NCBI GenBank assembly: GCA_963668645.2
Contig: CAXXWC010000021.1
Location: 1,056,001-1,120,000 of the forward strand
Direction: 5' to 3'
Origin: Desulfobacterales bacterium
GTDB lineage: Bacteria; Desulfobacterota; Desulfobacteria; Desulfobacterales; UBA2174
DNA: 64,000 nucleotides
Position numbers and translations under genes: made by a program. The notes under the pieces are model-generated. The model saw only the letters and a list, made by a program, of their open reading frames with translations. It was not told the DNA's origin and did no database searches. Below are positions 32,718-42,301 of this stretch, in pieces (positions within the stretch are counted from its first letter, which is position 1; the number at the start of each line of letters is the position of its first letter).

Positions 32718-33845
32718 TTAAAGCGTTGCGATGACATTGCCGGTCACACAGTTGTCGTAGCCGGGCAATGTGCCGATCTCCATGCGCAGGCGATGGGACT
32801 GAAGCGTGTCGAGCAATATGGAGATGGTGGGATGGTCGAGCAGATCATCGGGGATCACCAGGTCGCAGCGGGCAGCCGTAACGGGTACAAAGCCGAGCCC
32901 GAACACCTCTGCCACGGCCCGCAGCCCCAGGGCGGCATCCGCCACGCCGCAAACGATGCGATAGGCGCCGTCTCGATGGGAAAACACCTCGTTGCCGTAT
33001 CCATTGATGGCCTCGGCAGCGATTCCGGCGCGCTGCAAGTGGTCGTCGAGCAGAACCCGCAAAGCCGCACCCGGCTCGCGGTTGACGAAACGGACCATAG
33101 GCTGGGCCAGGTCCAGCACGGTACGGATACCCAGCGGGTTGCCCCGGGCCACCATCAGTCCCTCTTCCAGCAAAGAGAAGCCGAACACATGGCTGGCGGC
33201 CGAGAGGCATTGGCGCACCGCCTCGACATTGGACTCGCCCCTGCCCGAGTTGTGCAGATGGGTTCCGGCCACATGGGTCGTTCCCTGGGCGAGGCTGTTC
33301 AGGGCTTTATGGCTGGAGGCAAAACAGCAATGGACCCGTGCGTCCGGTGCCACACGGCTTACATGCTGGCCAAGGATTTCAAAAGCCGGATCACACCCCA
33401 TCAAAATGACCGTCTTGGCCACACGGTCGGCCGGCAGCAGGATCCGGGCGCTTTTTCCGTCATTTGCCAGCAGGCCGTCGGCGCAGCGCAGCCCGAAAGG
33501 AACCGATTCCGCGCCTTCCAATGAAAAGCCCACCATCCGATCGCGCACGCGTCCCAAAGCCAGGCGCGCGGATGGTTCGGCCGCACCGCTGATCACCTCC
33601 ACCGGCAGATCCTGGGGCGCTGCGGCCTCCACGAACAGGTCCTCCACTCGGCAGCCGAACACTTTGGCCAACCGCAGCGCGATAACCGTGTTGGGCAGAT
33701 ACCGGCCGGATTCGATATCGTAAATGGCCTGACGCCGCAGATCGAGGCATGCGGCGAGTTCTTCCTGGGACCACCCCTTCTGAATTCGAAATTCCTTGAC
33801 CTTGCACGTGATGGTATCGGATTGCTTGCTTTTTTTACGCCCCAT
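32718..33845 (-). CDS. XRE-family HTH regulator fused to a PBP-like (molybdate/tungstate-binding type) domain
   Basis: N-terminal R...GWSQEELA....RQAIY.IESG.Y.P....AL.LA..F...VE.LF; C-terminal GCDPA, H.AG.HL, GL.VA.GNP, FVNREPG..R.LLD, AD..LG...A, L.GYD. Confidence 0.85.
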   Translation of the reverse strand: MGRKKSKQSDTITCKVKEFRIQKGWSQEELAACLDLRRQAIYDIESGRYLPNTVIALRLAKVFGCRVEDLFVEAAAPQDLPVEVISGAAEPSARLALGRVRDRMVGFSLEGAESVPFGLRCADGLLANDGKSARILLPADRVAKTVILMGCDPAFEILGQHVSRVAPDARVHCCFASSHKALNSLAQGTTHVAGTHLHNSGRGESNVEAVRQCLSAASHVFGFSLLEEGLMVARGNPLGIRTVLDLAQPMVRFVNREPGAALRVLLDDHLQRAGIAAEAINGYGNEVFSHRDGAYRIVCGVADAALGLRAVAEVFGLGFVPVTAARCDLVIPDDLLDHPTISILLDTLQSHRLRMEIGTLPGYDNCVTGNVIATL

Positions 33846-33898
33846 TGGCCCCCTCCCGGCAAGGATTCGACCCCGTGTTGGGTAATTCGAAGAAAATC

Positions 33899-33938
33899 TT
33901 GACCTAATTCAGTAACATATGTAATGATAACCAGTCAA
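33899..33938. promoter_or_regulatory. 40-bp dyad in the divergent regulator/DUF364-modABC control region
   Basis: TTGAC-N12-CATATG-N12-GTCAA, symmetric in spacing. Confidence 0.55.
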
Positions 33939-34027
33939 TCGAAGAATATAAGCGTCAATAAAAAGTTACCCATCCCATTAGAAACGCTATTATAGTTTAT
34001 TTAACATACAGTATGGAGCGACAACAC

Positions 34028-34753
34028 ATGCCAGACGTATATCGGGATCTAATCAATAAAGCCGAAGCCATCTTTTCCCCGCATGGCCTGATGGGCACAG
34101 CGGTGCAGGTCAGCGCCCGGGCCCTGAACGCCGAAGAGGCCATCGGCAATCCGGAAGCGGACGATTTTTCGCTCCTAAAAGGCAAAGAGCGCCTGATGCA
34201 GGCCGATATCCTAGGCGCGCTGGGTCAAGCCTTTACCGATCAATTCGGCGACTATCAAGGCACCCTGGAAACGATCATGACCACGCCTTTGACCAACAAT
34301 TTTCGCCGGGCGGTTTTCGTGGCATCCCTGAATGCCGCGCTCCGGCACCTGAATCTGATCGACGGGTCGGTGCATTGCCGGGATCAGGGGCCCGGCCAAT
34401 GCGCCCAGGCCCTGGCAGATCACATCCAGGGCCTTTACGGCAAGGCCAAGATCTGCATCATCGGCTTTCAGCCGCGGATGGTGGAAACCCTGGCTGCCGG
34501 CTTTCCCCTCAGGGCCCTGGATATGGATCAAGACAACATCGGCAAGAACAAATTCGGCGTTGTGGTTGAATCCCCGGCCGCGGCCCCGGAGGCCATGGCC
34601 TGGGCCGACTTGCTCTTGGTCACCGGAACGACCCTGGTCAACGGCACCCTGCCGGAATTTTTAGTCGGCAAGCCGGTAATTTTTTACGGCACCACCATCG
34701 CCGGAGCAGCATATCTGATGGGATGGCAGCGATTTTGCGCATTCAGCTGCTAA
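34028..34753 (+). CDS. DUF364/Rossmann-like putative heavy-metal-chelation protein
   Basis: EEAIGNP...DF.L.KGKE..MQA, GQAFTD, RA.FVA.LNA, HCRD..P..CA, D.LLVTGTTLVNGT; GGAG RBS before ATG 34028. Confidence 0.75.
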   Translation: MPDVYRDLINKAEAIFSPHGLMGTAVQVSARALNAEEAIGNPEADDFSLLKGKERLMQADILGALGQAFTDQFGDYQGTLETIMTTPLTNNFRRAVFVASLNAALRHLNLIDGSVHCRDQGPGQCAQALADHIQGLYGKAKICIIGFQPRMVETLAAGFPLRALDMDQDNIGKNKFGVVVESPAAAPEAMAWADLLLVTGTTLVNGTLPEFLVGKPVIFYGTTIAGAAYLMGWQRFCAFSC

Positions 34754-34857
34754 ACAAAAAAGTCGACAGCAGCCTGTTTCCGCAAGACGGCAGCCCGGCA
34801 CCGGGTGCATTGGGGGCGTCATTGATTCTTACATTCTAATTACAGGAGAAACGAGAC

Positions 34858-35661
34858 ATGACAACAAAAAAGTACCTGGGACGTTTGGCCCTGGCAGTGC
34901 TCGTGGTGCTCTCGGCAGCCGCCTTGTTCAACGCCGGCTGCGGGCCGGCCCTGGCGGCGGACGCCGAGGTGGTGGTGTTCGCCGCCGCCTCGACCACCAA
35001 CGCCATCAGCGAAATCGGCGATCTTTTTGCGGCCCATAAGCTGGGACGGATCACAACCTCATTCGCCTCATCTTCGACCCTGGCCAAACAGATCGCCAGC
35101 GGCGCCCCGGCCGATGTCTACCTGTCGGCCAACAAAAAATGGATGGATTTTCTCGAAGAGAAAAACACCGTGGACAAAGCCACCCGGGTCGATTTGCTCG
35201 GCAACCGCATCGTTTTGATCGCACCGGTCGACGCTGCACTCCAGACCGTCGAAATCAAATCCGGACTCGATCTGGCCGCTTTGCTCGGGGCCGACGGGCG
35301 CCTTTCCATGGGCGATCCGGACCATGTGCCGGCCGGCATGTACGGTAAAAAGGCCATGGTGAATCTCGGGCTCTGGGACCAGGTCAAGGACCGGCTGGCC
35401 CCCATGAAAGACGTACGCGCCGCCCTGGTGCTGGTCGAACGTTCCGAAGCCCCGCTGGGGCAGGTCTATGCCACAGATGCGGCCATCTCCAAAAAGGTAC
35501 GCGTGGTGGGCACTTTTCCGCTGGAAAGCCATCCGCCCATCGTCTATCCGGTGGCGGCGGTAGCCGGCGGCAAGGCCGATGCGGCCGCCAGCTTCATCGC
35601 GTTTTTAAAGACTCCCGAGTCCCGGGCGGTGTTCGAAAAGTACGGTTTTGAAGTGCGTTGA
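34858..35661 (+). CDS. modA: Molybdate ABC transporter substrate-binding protein
   Basis: VFAAAST, SFASSSTLAKQI..GAPADV.LSA, GDPDHVPAG.Y, DVRAAL, VY.TDA, HPPI.YP. Confidence 0.93.
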   Translation: MTTKKYLGRLALAVLVVLSAAALFNAGCGPALAADAEVVVFAAASTTNAISEIGDLFAAHKLGRITTSFASSSTLAKQIASGAPADVYLSANKKWMDFLEEKNTVDKATRVDLLGNRIVLIAPVDAALQTVEIKSGLDLAALLGADGRLSMGDPDHVPAGMYGKKAMVNLGLWDQVKDRLAPMKDVRAALVLVERSEAPLGQVYATDAAISKKVRVVGTFPLESHPPIVYPVAAVAGGKADAAASFIAFLKTPESRAVFEKYGFEVR

Positions 35662-36359
35662 TGGGTTTCTGGCATCTGACAGATATTGAAATCGAGGCCC
35701 TGCGCTTGAGCCTGTGGGTTTCCGGATGGGCCGTGGCCGCCAGTTTGCCCCTGGGCATCCTGGCGGCCTGGGTCCTGGCCCGCCTGCGTTTTCCCGGCAA
35801 GGGGATCCTCGACGGCCTGGTGCACCTGCCGCTGGTGCTGCCGCCGGTGGTGACCGGGTACCTGCTGCTCGTGCTGCTGGGGCGCAACGGCATCATCGGC
35901 GCTGCGCTGTTCAAAACCCTGGGCATCGTGCTGGCCTTCAACTGGAAAGGGGCCGTGCTGGCCGCCGCGGTGATGTCCTTTCCACTTTTGGTGCGGGCCG
36001 CACGCCTTTCCCTGGAAAGCGTCGATCAGGGGTTGGAGGCTGCCGCCCGGACCCTGGGCGCCGGGCCGCTACGCGTCTTTTTCACCGTGACCCTGCCGCT
36101 GATGGTGCCGGGGATCATTACCGGACTGATCCTCGCCTATGCCCGCAGCCTGGGCGAATTCGGCGCCACAATCACATTCGTATCCAACATACGCGGCCAG
36201 ACCCAGACCCTGCCGCTGGCCCTGTACACCCTCACCCAGGTGCCGGACGGCGAACTCGGGGCGCTGCGCCTGTGCATCCTGTCGGTGGTCATCGCCATGG
36301 CGGCCCTGATCTGTTCGGAAGTGCTGGCCCGGCGTTTCGCCGCTCGCATGAAAGGATGA
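35661..36359 (+). CDS. modB: Molybdate ABC transporter permease
   Basis: LPLVLPPVV.GY.LL, LE.AARTLGA, ARSLGEFGATI, TLPLA.Y. Confidence 0.95.
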   Translation: MGFWHLTDIEIEALRLSLWVSGWAVAASLPLGILAAWVLARLRFPGKGILDGLVHLPLVLPPVVTGYLLLVLLGRNGIIGAALFKTLGIVLAFNWKGAVLAAAVMSFPLLVRAARLSLESVDQGLEAAARTLGAGPLRVFFTVTLPLMVPGIITGLILAYARSLGEFGATITFVSNIRGQTQTLPLALYTLTQVPDGELGALRLCILSVVIAMAALICSEVLARRFAARMKG

Positions 36360-36365
36360 ACGCCG

Positions 36366-37454
36366 TTGCAGGTCGAACTCGTACGTCGGCAGGGTAATTT
36401 TTTGCTGGACGCCGCATTCCAGGGGGCCGCATCCGGGGTCACCGCCCTTTTCGGCCCCTCGGGCGCCGGTAAAACCTCCATCGTCAACATGGTCGCCGGC
36501 CTGATGCGCCCGGACCGCGGTCGTATCACCGTCAACGGTCTGTGCCTTTTCGATTCGGCCCGCGGCATCGATCTGCCTCCCGAGCGCCGCCGGATCGGCT
36601 ACGTCTTTCAAGACGGCCGCCTGCTGCCCCACCTGTCGGTACGCGCCAATCTGACCTACGGCATGCGCCTGACGCCGGCCTCTCAGCGCTTCGTGACCTT
36701 CGATGCAGTGGTCGATCTGCTGGGCATCGGCCATCTGCTGGCACGCCGGCCGGCGAAGCTTTCCGGCGGCGAGAAACAACGCGTGGCCATCGGCCGGGCC
36801 CTGCTCACCAGTCCGGCCATGCTGCTGATGGACGAACCGCTGGCCTCGCTCGATGCGGCGCGCAAGGCCGAAGTGCTCCCCTTCATCACGCGCCTTTCGC
36901 GGCAGTTCGCCATTCCGATCCTCTACGTCAGCCATGTCATGGACGAAATCCTCAACCTCGCCGAACGGTTGGTGATCATAGAGACCGGCCGTGTTACGGC
37001 CTGCGGCGACCTGGAGCAGGTCCTTGAACAATCCCAGGTGCAGTGCCAACTGGGCAAGAATGAACGCGGATCGGTCATTACCACCGTGGTGGAATCCGTC
37101 GCGGATGCCGACGGTCTGACCTGCCTGCGTTTCGGCGACCACATCCTCAAGGTGCCACCGGTGACCGCGCCCGCAGGGGCGCCGACACGCGTGCGCATCG
37201 CCGCACGCCACGTGGCCATCGCCGTCAAGGCGCCCACGGCCACCAGCTTCCAGAACATCTTTCCGGCCCGGGTCGAGACCATCCTCGACGACCACGACGA
37301 GGCCATGGTCGACGTGCGCCTGGATATCGGCCGCCCCCTCTGGGCCCGCATCACGCGCCGGTCTTGCCTGGAGCTGGAACTCGCGCCGGGAAAGCCGGTC
37401 TTCGCCCTGATCAAAAGCGTGGCGATTTCCTTGGGAGTCGGAGACTCGAGATAA
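36366..37454 (+). CDS. modC: Molybdate ABC transporter ATPase with TOBE domain
   Basis: ALFGPSGAGKT, GYVFQD.RL.PHL.V, LSGGEKQRVA, YVSH, C-terminal S..N / ARIT..S...L.L.PG..V.A.IKSV. Confidence 0.93.
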   Translation: MQVELVRRQGNFLLDAAFQGAASGVTALFGPSGAGKTSIVNMVAGLMRPDRGRITVNGLCLFDSARGIDLPPERRRIGYVFQDGRLLPHLSVRANLTYGMRLTPASQRFVTFDAVVDLLGIGHLLARRPAKLSGGEKQRVAIGRALLTSPAMLLMDEPLASLDAARKAEVLPFITRLSRQFAIPILYVSHVMDEILNLAERLVIIETGRVTACGDLEQVLEQSQVQCQLGKNERGSVITTVVESVADADGLTCLRFGDHILKVPPVTAPAGAPTRVRIAARHVAIAVKAPTATSFQNIFPARVETILDDHDEAMVDVRLDIGRPLWARITRRSCLELELAPGKPVFALIKSVAISLGVGDSR

Positions 37455-37826
37455 GGAAATCCCGGCCATCTGGGTTTCACCGGTAACTTCCGGGGATACC
37501 CACGAGCTTGATACCGTGTCCACTTAGTGCGCGTCCCGTCACCTCACCAGCCTTTCTTCATACCCGATTCTCTTGCACGGCAGGCAAAAGTCGCACGCTT
37601 GAACCGATCGGCATTCCTGCCTCTCGCGCTCGGATCCCGCATAGCACATCGGGCAGCCGGGAAAAGTATTGACTCCAAGAATTCCCATATGACATCTATA
37701 AATGCTTTTTAATATTTTAAAACGTCATTCCTACCTGCAAAGCGTCTGCAAATCGAGCATTTAGATAGGCAATTGACCGGGGGACTATGGGAAAAGGGGT
37801 AACCAAACCACAGAGGGAGAAAGAAG

Positions 37827-39917
37827 ATGATGCGTAAAATCAAAGGGCAAATCAGATTATGGATGGTAATGGGCGCGCTGCTGGCCGCATTTCCCCTGTT
37901 GGTGTCGCAGGCCGGGGCCGCGGGCAGCGACGGGTATCAAGAGTACTCACTGGGCGAAATCGTGGTCAGCGGCAAGGGTTCGGCGGTGCGCGATATCGCC
38001 ATCGCCGATGAGATCAAACCCGAAGACTTCGAGGCGGTCAACGCCGAAAGCGTGGCCGACGCCCTGACCTATGTGCCGGGGGTCCAGGTCACCTATGGGC
38101 GCAAATTTTTTCCCAGCATGACAATCCACGGTTTCGATCAAAACCGCATCCTGACCCTCATCGATGGGGTCCCCTACTACGAAACCAAGTACGGGGGAAT
38201 GGACTTGAACCAGATCAGCCTCGAAGGGGTGGCCAGAATCGATGTGGTCAAGGGCGCCCCCTCGGTTCTTTACGGCCCCAACGCCCTGGGCGGGGTGGTC
38301 AACATCATCACCAAGAAGCCCACTGAAAAGCCGTATTTATCGGCAACGGCGGAATACGGGGTCGACGGCCTGGACGATGCGTACAAGGCGTCTTTATCCC
38401 ATGGCATGAAGGTGGGCAATTTCAACTACTGGTTGAGCTACTCGCACCGGGAATGGAATTCGTGGGACCTTGCGGATGATTTTACCCCGCGCATCGGAAA
38501 GGTCACCTCGGGCAAAAAGGTCCTGGATAAGCGTTTGATCGAAGATGGCGGGGAAAGGGTGAATTCGGACTACCAGACGGACAACTTCTGGGGCAAAGTC
38601 GGCCTGGAACCGTCTGAAGATACCGAACTTTATGCTAATTTTCACTATATCACTACCGAAAAAGGCGACTCGCCGAACCTGGACCGGGTCAACGTATTTT
38701 CCGACTTCACCCAATTCGACCGGATCACCGCCTACGATGACTGGGGGGTCGATCTGAGCGCCAAGCACGCCTTCTCGGACCGGTTCAGCCTGCAGGCCAC
38801 GCTCTACTACCACGATCACAGCGACGACTATACCTCCTACACGGATCAGACCTATACCGAGGCCGTCGCCTTGAGCACCTACAAGGATCAGATTTTCGGC
38901 GGCATGCTGCTGGGCGATATTCGACCGGTGGACTGGAACACGGTCCGGTTCTCGATGCATTACAAGAAAGATACCCATGAGCAGCGCGATCTGGAGTCCC
39001 TGCCTTTTGCCAAAAGCTGCGCCTACACCGGCTCCATGGGCCTCGAAAACGAAATGGCCCTCATCGGCGATAAGCTGTCCATCGTGACCGGCATCAGCTA
39101 TGACTGGTTCCACATCCGCAAGGCCGAAGACGACCCGGAAAACAACGCCAACATCATCGAAGAGGGCACACCCGAGGAGATCGACGCGATAAATCCCATG
39201 ATCGGCGTCACCTACCAGGCGCTCGAGGATATCAAGCTCTTTGCCTCGGTGGCCAAAAAAACCCGCTTTCCGACACTTAATCAAATCTATACCGGGGATG
39301 TTCCCAACCTGGATCTGGATGCCGAGTCCTCGATCAACTATACCGCCGGCGTTTCCTGGAAATACAAGGATCTGGTGACCCTGGAAGTGGCGCCTTTTTT
39401 CCACGACGTTTCAGATTTCATCACCCGCGAGGTCCCGCCGGAGGACAACCCCTATTCCCAATACATCAACTTTGATCAGGTCGAGATGAAAGGGGTGGAG
39501 GTCAACACGGTGATCACACCCATGGAAGACCTGATCTTCAAGCTGGGCTGCATGTACAACGATGCCACCAACAAGAGCCCGGGCCGAGTGACCGACGATG
39601 TTCTCGGGGTTCCGGAATACACCTTCAATATCGGCGTCCAGTACACCGTGCCCGCCATCGGCACCAGGCTCAACTGGACCATGCTCTACCTGGGCAAATC
39701 CTACCGCCAGCTGCCCACCCCCGAGGAGCCCGACCTCGATGTGGTTGAAAATGAAAGCTACCAGCTATGCAACGTCAAGCTCACCCAGCCCTTCATGTCC
39801 GATCGGCTGGAAGCTTTCCTGGCCGTCGACAACCTGTTTGACGAAAACTACGAACCGGTCAGCGGCTACCCGGCGCGCGGCATGAGCATGTGGCTGGGGC
39901 TGACGTTCAAAATGTAA
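37827..39917 (+). CDS. TonB-dependent outer-membrane receptor
   Basis: Signal peptide, TonB-box-like GEIVVS, plug LIDGVP...RIDVVKG.PSVLYG.NALGGVVNIITK, C-terminal VDNLFD.NY....GYP..G. Confidence 0.93.
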   Translation: MMRKIKGQIRLWMVMGALLAAFPLLVSQAGAAGSDGYQEYSLGEIVVSGKGSAVRDIAIADEIKPEDFEAVNAESVADALTYVPGVQVTYGRKFFPSMTIHGFDQNRILTLIDGVPYYETKYGGMDLNQISLEGVARIDVVKGAPSVLYGPNALGGVVNIITKKPTEKPYLSATAEYGVDGLDDAYKASLSHGMKVGNFNYWLSYSHREWNSWDLADDFTPRIGKVTSGKKVLDKRLIEDGGERVNSDYQTDNFWGKVGLEPSEDTELYANFHYITTEKGDSPNLDRVNVFSDFTQFDRITAYDDWGVDLSAKHAFSDRFSLQATLYYHDHSDDYTSYTDQTYTEAVALSTYKDQIFGGMLLGDIRPVDWNTVRFSMHYKKDTHEQRDLESLPFAKSCAYTGSMGLENEMALIGDKLSIVTGISYDWFHIRKAEDDPENNANIIEEGTPEEIDAINPMIGVTYQALEDIKLFASVAKKTRFPTLNQIYTGDVPNLDLDAESSINYTAGVSWKYKDLVTLEVAPFFHDVSDFITREVPPEDNPYSQYINFDQVEMKGVEVNTVITPMEDLIFKLGCMYNDATNKSPGRVTDDVLGVPEYTFNIGVQYTVPAIGTRLNWTMLYLGKSYRQLPTPEEPDLDVVENESYQLCNVKLTQPFMSDRLEAFLAVDNLFDENYEPVSGYPARGMSMWLGLTFKM

Positions 39918-39960
39918 ATCCTCGCCGTCAACCGGTAGACCGGCGGAAAAAATTGTCCGG

Positions 39961-40050
39961 ACACCCCACCCTCCACCAGGGGGGCGGGGTGTTTCATCGC
40001 CCCGCAGCCGGTGAAACACCCCGTACAGTACGTCCCTTCGATGGGACGTA
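39961..40050. repeat. Cluster of overlapping inverted repeats downstream of the TonB receptor
   Basis: ACACCCC..GGGGTGT (39961-39992), GGGGTGTTTCATCG..CGGTGAAACACCCC (39986-40022), TACGTCCC-TTCGAT-GGGACGTA (40029-40050). Confidence 0.6.
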
Positions 40051-40438
40051 TCATGCCGAAGATTGCTGCGACCACAAGAGCATCTGCCTTAACACCACCG
40101 CCCACGGATCCATCGCCGCAGACACGCATGAAGATCCATGGTATCCTTTAAGCAAGATTCCGCCCAAAACCTGTCCCCTGTCGAACAAACAACGGCACCG
40201 CAGCGATTGACAAGAAGTTGGCAGTCGCTTATTTTATAACGTTTTCTGGGGGAGGGGGTTAAGTGATTAAGACTGGATAAATCCTGAAGAAGTATAAATT
40301 CGGCCTTTTGAACCAGCGCGGACATCATCTTTTCCCTGATCAACCATGATGCCACAGTGATGATGATAAAGTGCGGCCGGTATCGATTCCAACCAACCCT
40401 AAAGCAATGAAGTTTTAGTATTATTTCAAGAGGATCCA

Positions 40439-41155
40439 ATGCCAAAAAGCAGACCCAAACAGGTCAAACTGGAACGTGCACCCAGACTGGTTGACCAGGC
40501 CACTGAGTTTTTAACGAACCAGATTAAAAGTGAAGCGTATGCCGAAGGTGATAAGCTGCCATCGGAAAGCACCTTGTCCGAACGGCTCGGCGTCAGCCGC
40601 ACCGTGGTTCGAGAGGCCCTGTCACGACTTATCTACGACGGTGTTCTGGAACCGCGCCAGGGCGTCGGCATTATCATTGCGGGGTCTTCTTCGAAACGGA
40701 CCTTTAGAATCGAGCCTGTGGAAAACAGGAAATCGCCCGATTCCAAATATCTCCTGGAGCTGAGAGCCACTTTGGAGGGAGAGGCCGCCTCTTTGGCTGC
40801 CATACGAAGAGATGCAGACCATATCGCCCGGCTCGATCACTGCCTAAAAGAAATAAAAAGACACACCCATTCCACCGAGGAGTCGATTCGCGAGGATATG
40901 AAATTTCATGAACTGATCGCAGAGGCCAGCTGCAATCCATACTTGCTGGACTTTATGATTTTCGTCCGCAACCATCTAAAGTTTTTACTGATAAAAACAC
41001 ATGGCATCCATCGTGATTCAACCCAGTGGACCTATGATGCCCATAACCAAATCTTTCAAGCCATCGTCCGCAGGGATTCTCAAGGCGCAAGAGAAGCGGC
41101 CATCCATCATATTAAGGTGGCCGCTTCGGGCTTGAACCTAACCCTCTTTGATTAA
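40439..41155 (+). CDS. GntR/FadR-family transcriptional regulator
   Basis: GDKLPSE..L...LGVSRTVVREAL..L...G.L....G.G; FCD domain ELR..LE..AA.LAA, D..FH..IA.AS.N. Confidence 0.93.
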   Translation: MPKSRPKQVKLERAPRLVDQATEFLTNQIKSEAYAEGDKLPSESTLSERLGVSRTVVREALSRLIYDGVLEPRQGVGIIIAGSSSKRTFRIEPVENRKSPDSKYLLELRATLEGEAASLAAIRRDADHIARLDHCLKEIKRHTHSTEESIREDMKFHELIAEASCNPYLLDFMIFVRNHLKFLLIKTHGIHRDSTQWTYDAHNQIFQAIVRRDSQGAREAAIHHIKVAASGLNLTLFD

Positions 41156-41230
41156 AGTCTTAAGCCGGCGCCACGCTGTGCAAACGGCCAAGCCGCACCG
41201 CGTCTGCCCGGCCGCCTCATCTGCACAACA

Positions 41231-42241
41231 TCATTCCTTTCCGCCTGCCCGATACCGGTGAATCGTTTCGATCAACACCGGTAAAAACTCCTCGCAATTG
41301 TCGACGATGCCATAGTCGACCTGTTCGAAAACGGGGGCTTTGGGATCGCTGTTGATGGCCACCATCACTTTGGCGCCGACGATTCCCACCATGTGCTGCT
41401 GCTCTCCTGAAAGACCGACCCCGACGTAAAGCTCAGGGGTCACCATCTTCCCGCTCTGCCCGATCATGCGGCCCAGATCGGCCCTTCCCTCATCGACCAC
41501 CGGGCGCGTGCAGCCCAGACCGGCGTTGAGCACCTCTGCCAGTTCGCAGACGCGCTCCCAGCCCTGCGAATTGCAGGCTCCGGCCCCACCGGCAACGATG
41601 GTGGCGGCCGTCTCGAAAGCGGCACAGTCGCTTTCCTGCCGAACGATCTCAATGTTTTCCACGCGACAGGAAAGTCCATCCGGGGCCTCCAGCCAGATAA
41701 TTTCTCCGGTTCGGCAGCGATCCATTTCCGGCGCCGGGAAAACACCTGCTGCAACAGTGGCCATCTGCGGCCGCTTTTCTGGACAGACAATGGAGATAAT
41801 CCCGCCGTAGGCCGGGATTTTTTGCACCAGCACCCCATCCTCACCCATGACAAGGTCGATGCAGTGCGCCGTAAGACCGGTCTCAAGCCGGGCGGCCACC
41901 AGGGGTGCCAGCTCTCTTCCCATGTAAGTCGAACCGATCAATATGATATGCGGACAGTTCTGATGCACCTGCCTGACAACGATTTCACTGTATGCTTCCG
42001 CCTGATAGTCACCCAGGTCGGCCCCTTTGCACAGGTAAACCCGGTCCGCACCGGCGGCAAACAGGGCTTCGCCCTGTGCCTCGGCGCAATCTCCCACCAG
42101 AAGCACCTCCACCTTGCTCCCAATCCCATCGGCAAGGCTGCGGGCCTTTCCGACAAGCTGGTAAGTGATATCAAGAATGCGTCCGTCAAGCTGTTCGCCG
42201 ACAACCCACACGGGGCCGGTTGTGTTCTGGACCTCCGACAT
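41231..42241 (-). CDS. etfA: Electron transfer flavoprotein alpha subunit
   Basis: VWVVGEQ, GRELAP.VAARL.TGLTA.C, RPQMATV, G.TRP.VD.G, IGQSGK.V.P.LY...G.SG..QH..G, AIN.D..AP.F. Confidence 0.92.
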   Translation of the reverse strand: MSEVQNTTGPVWVVGEQLDGRILDITYQLVGKARSLADGIGSKVEVLLVGDCAEAQGEALFAAGADRVYLCKGADLGDYQAEAYSEIVVRQVHQNCPHIILIGSTYMGRELAPLVAARLETGLTAHCIDLVMGEDGVLVQKIPAYGGIISIVCPEKRPQMATVAAGVFPAPEMDRCRTGEIIWLEAPDGLSCRVENIEIVRQESDCAAFETAATIVAGGAGACNSQGWERVCELAEVLNAGLGCTRPVVDEGRADLGRMIGQSGKMVTPELYVGVGLSGEQQHMVGIVGAKVMVAINSDPKAPVFEQVDYGIVDNCEEFLPVLIETIHRYRAGGKE

Positions 42242-42301
42242 CGCCCTCTCCTACTGTGATACGGCAAACGCTCGCCGTGATGGATACCGCGGCATCGCTT
42301 T

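Noticed and set aside
33985..34006. ModE-like box CGCTAT-N10-TTAACA
   Set aside because: Spacing and sequence fit the ModE consensus poorly in AT-rich DNA, and no modE is in the window.
37455..37826. Possible riboswitch or Fur box before the TonB receptor
   Set aside because: No cobalamin riboswitch core and no GATAATGAT-type box; only a loose ATCTATAAATGCT/AGCATTTAGAT pairing.
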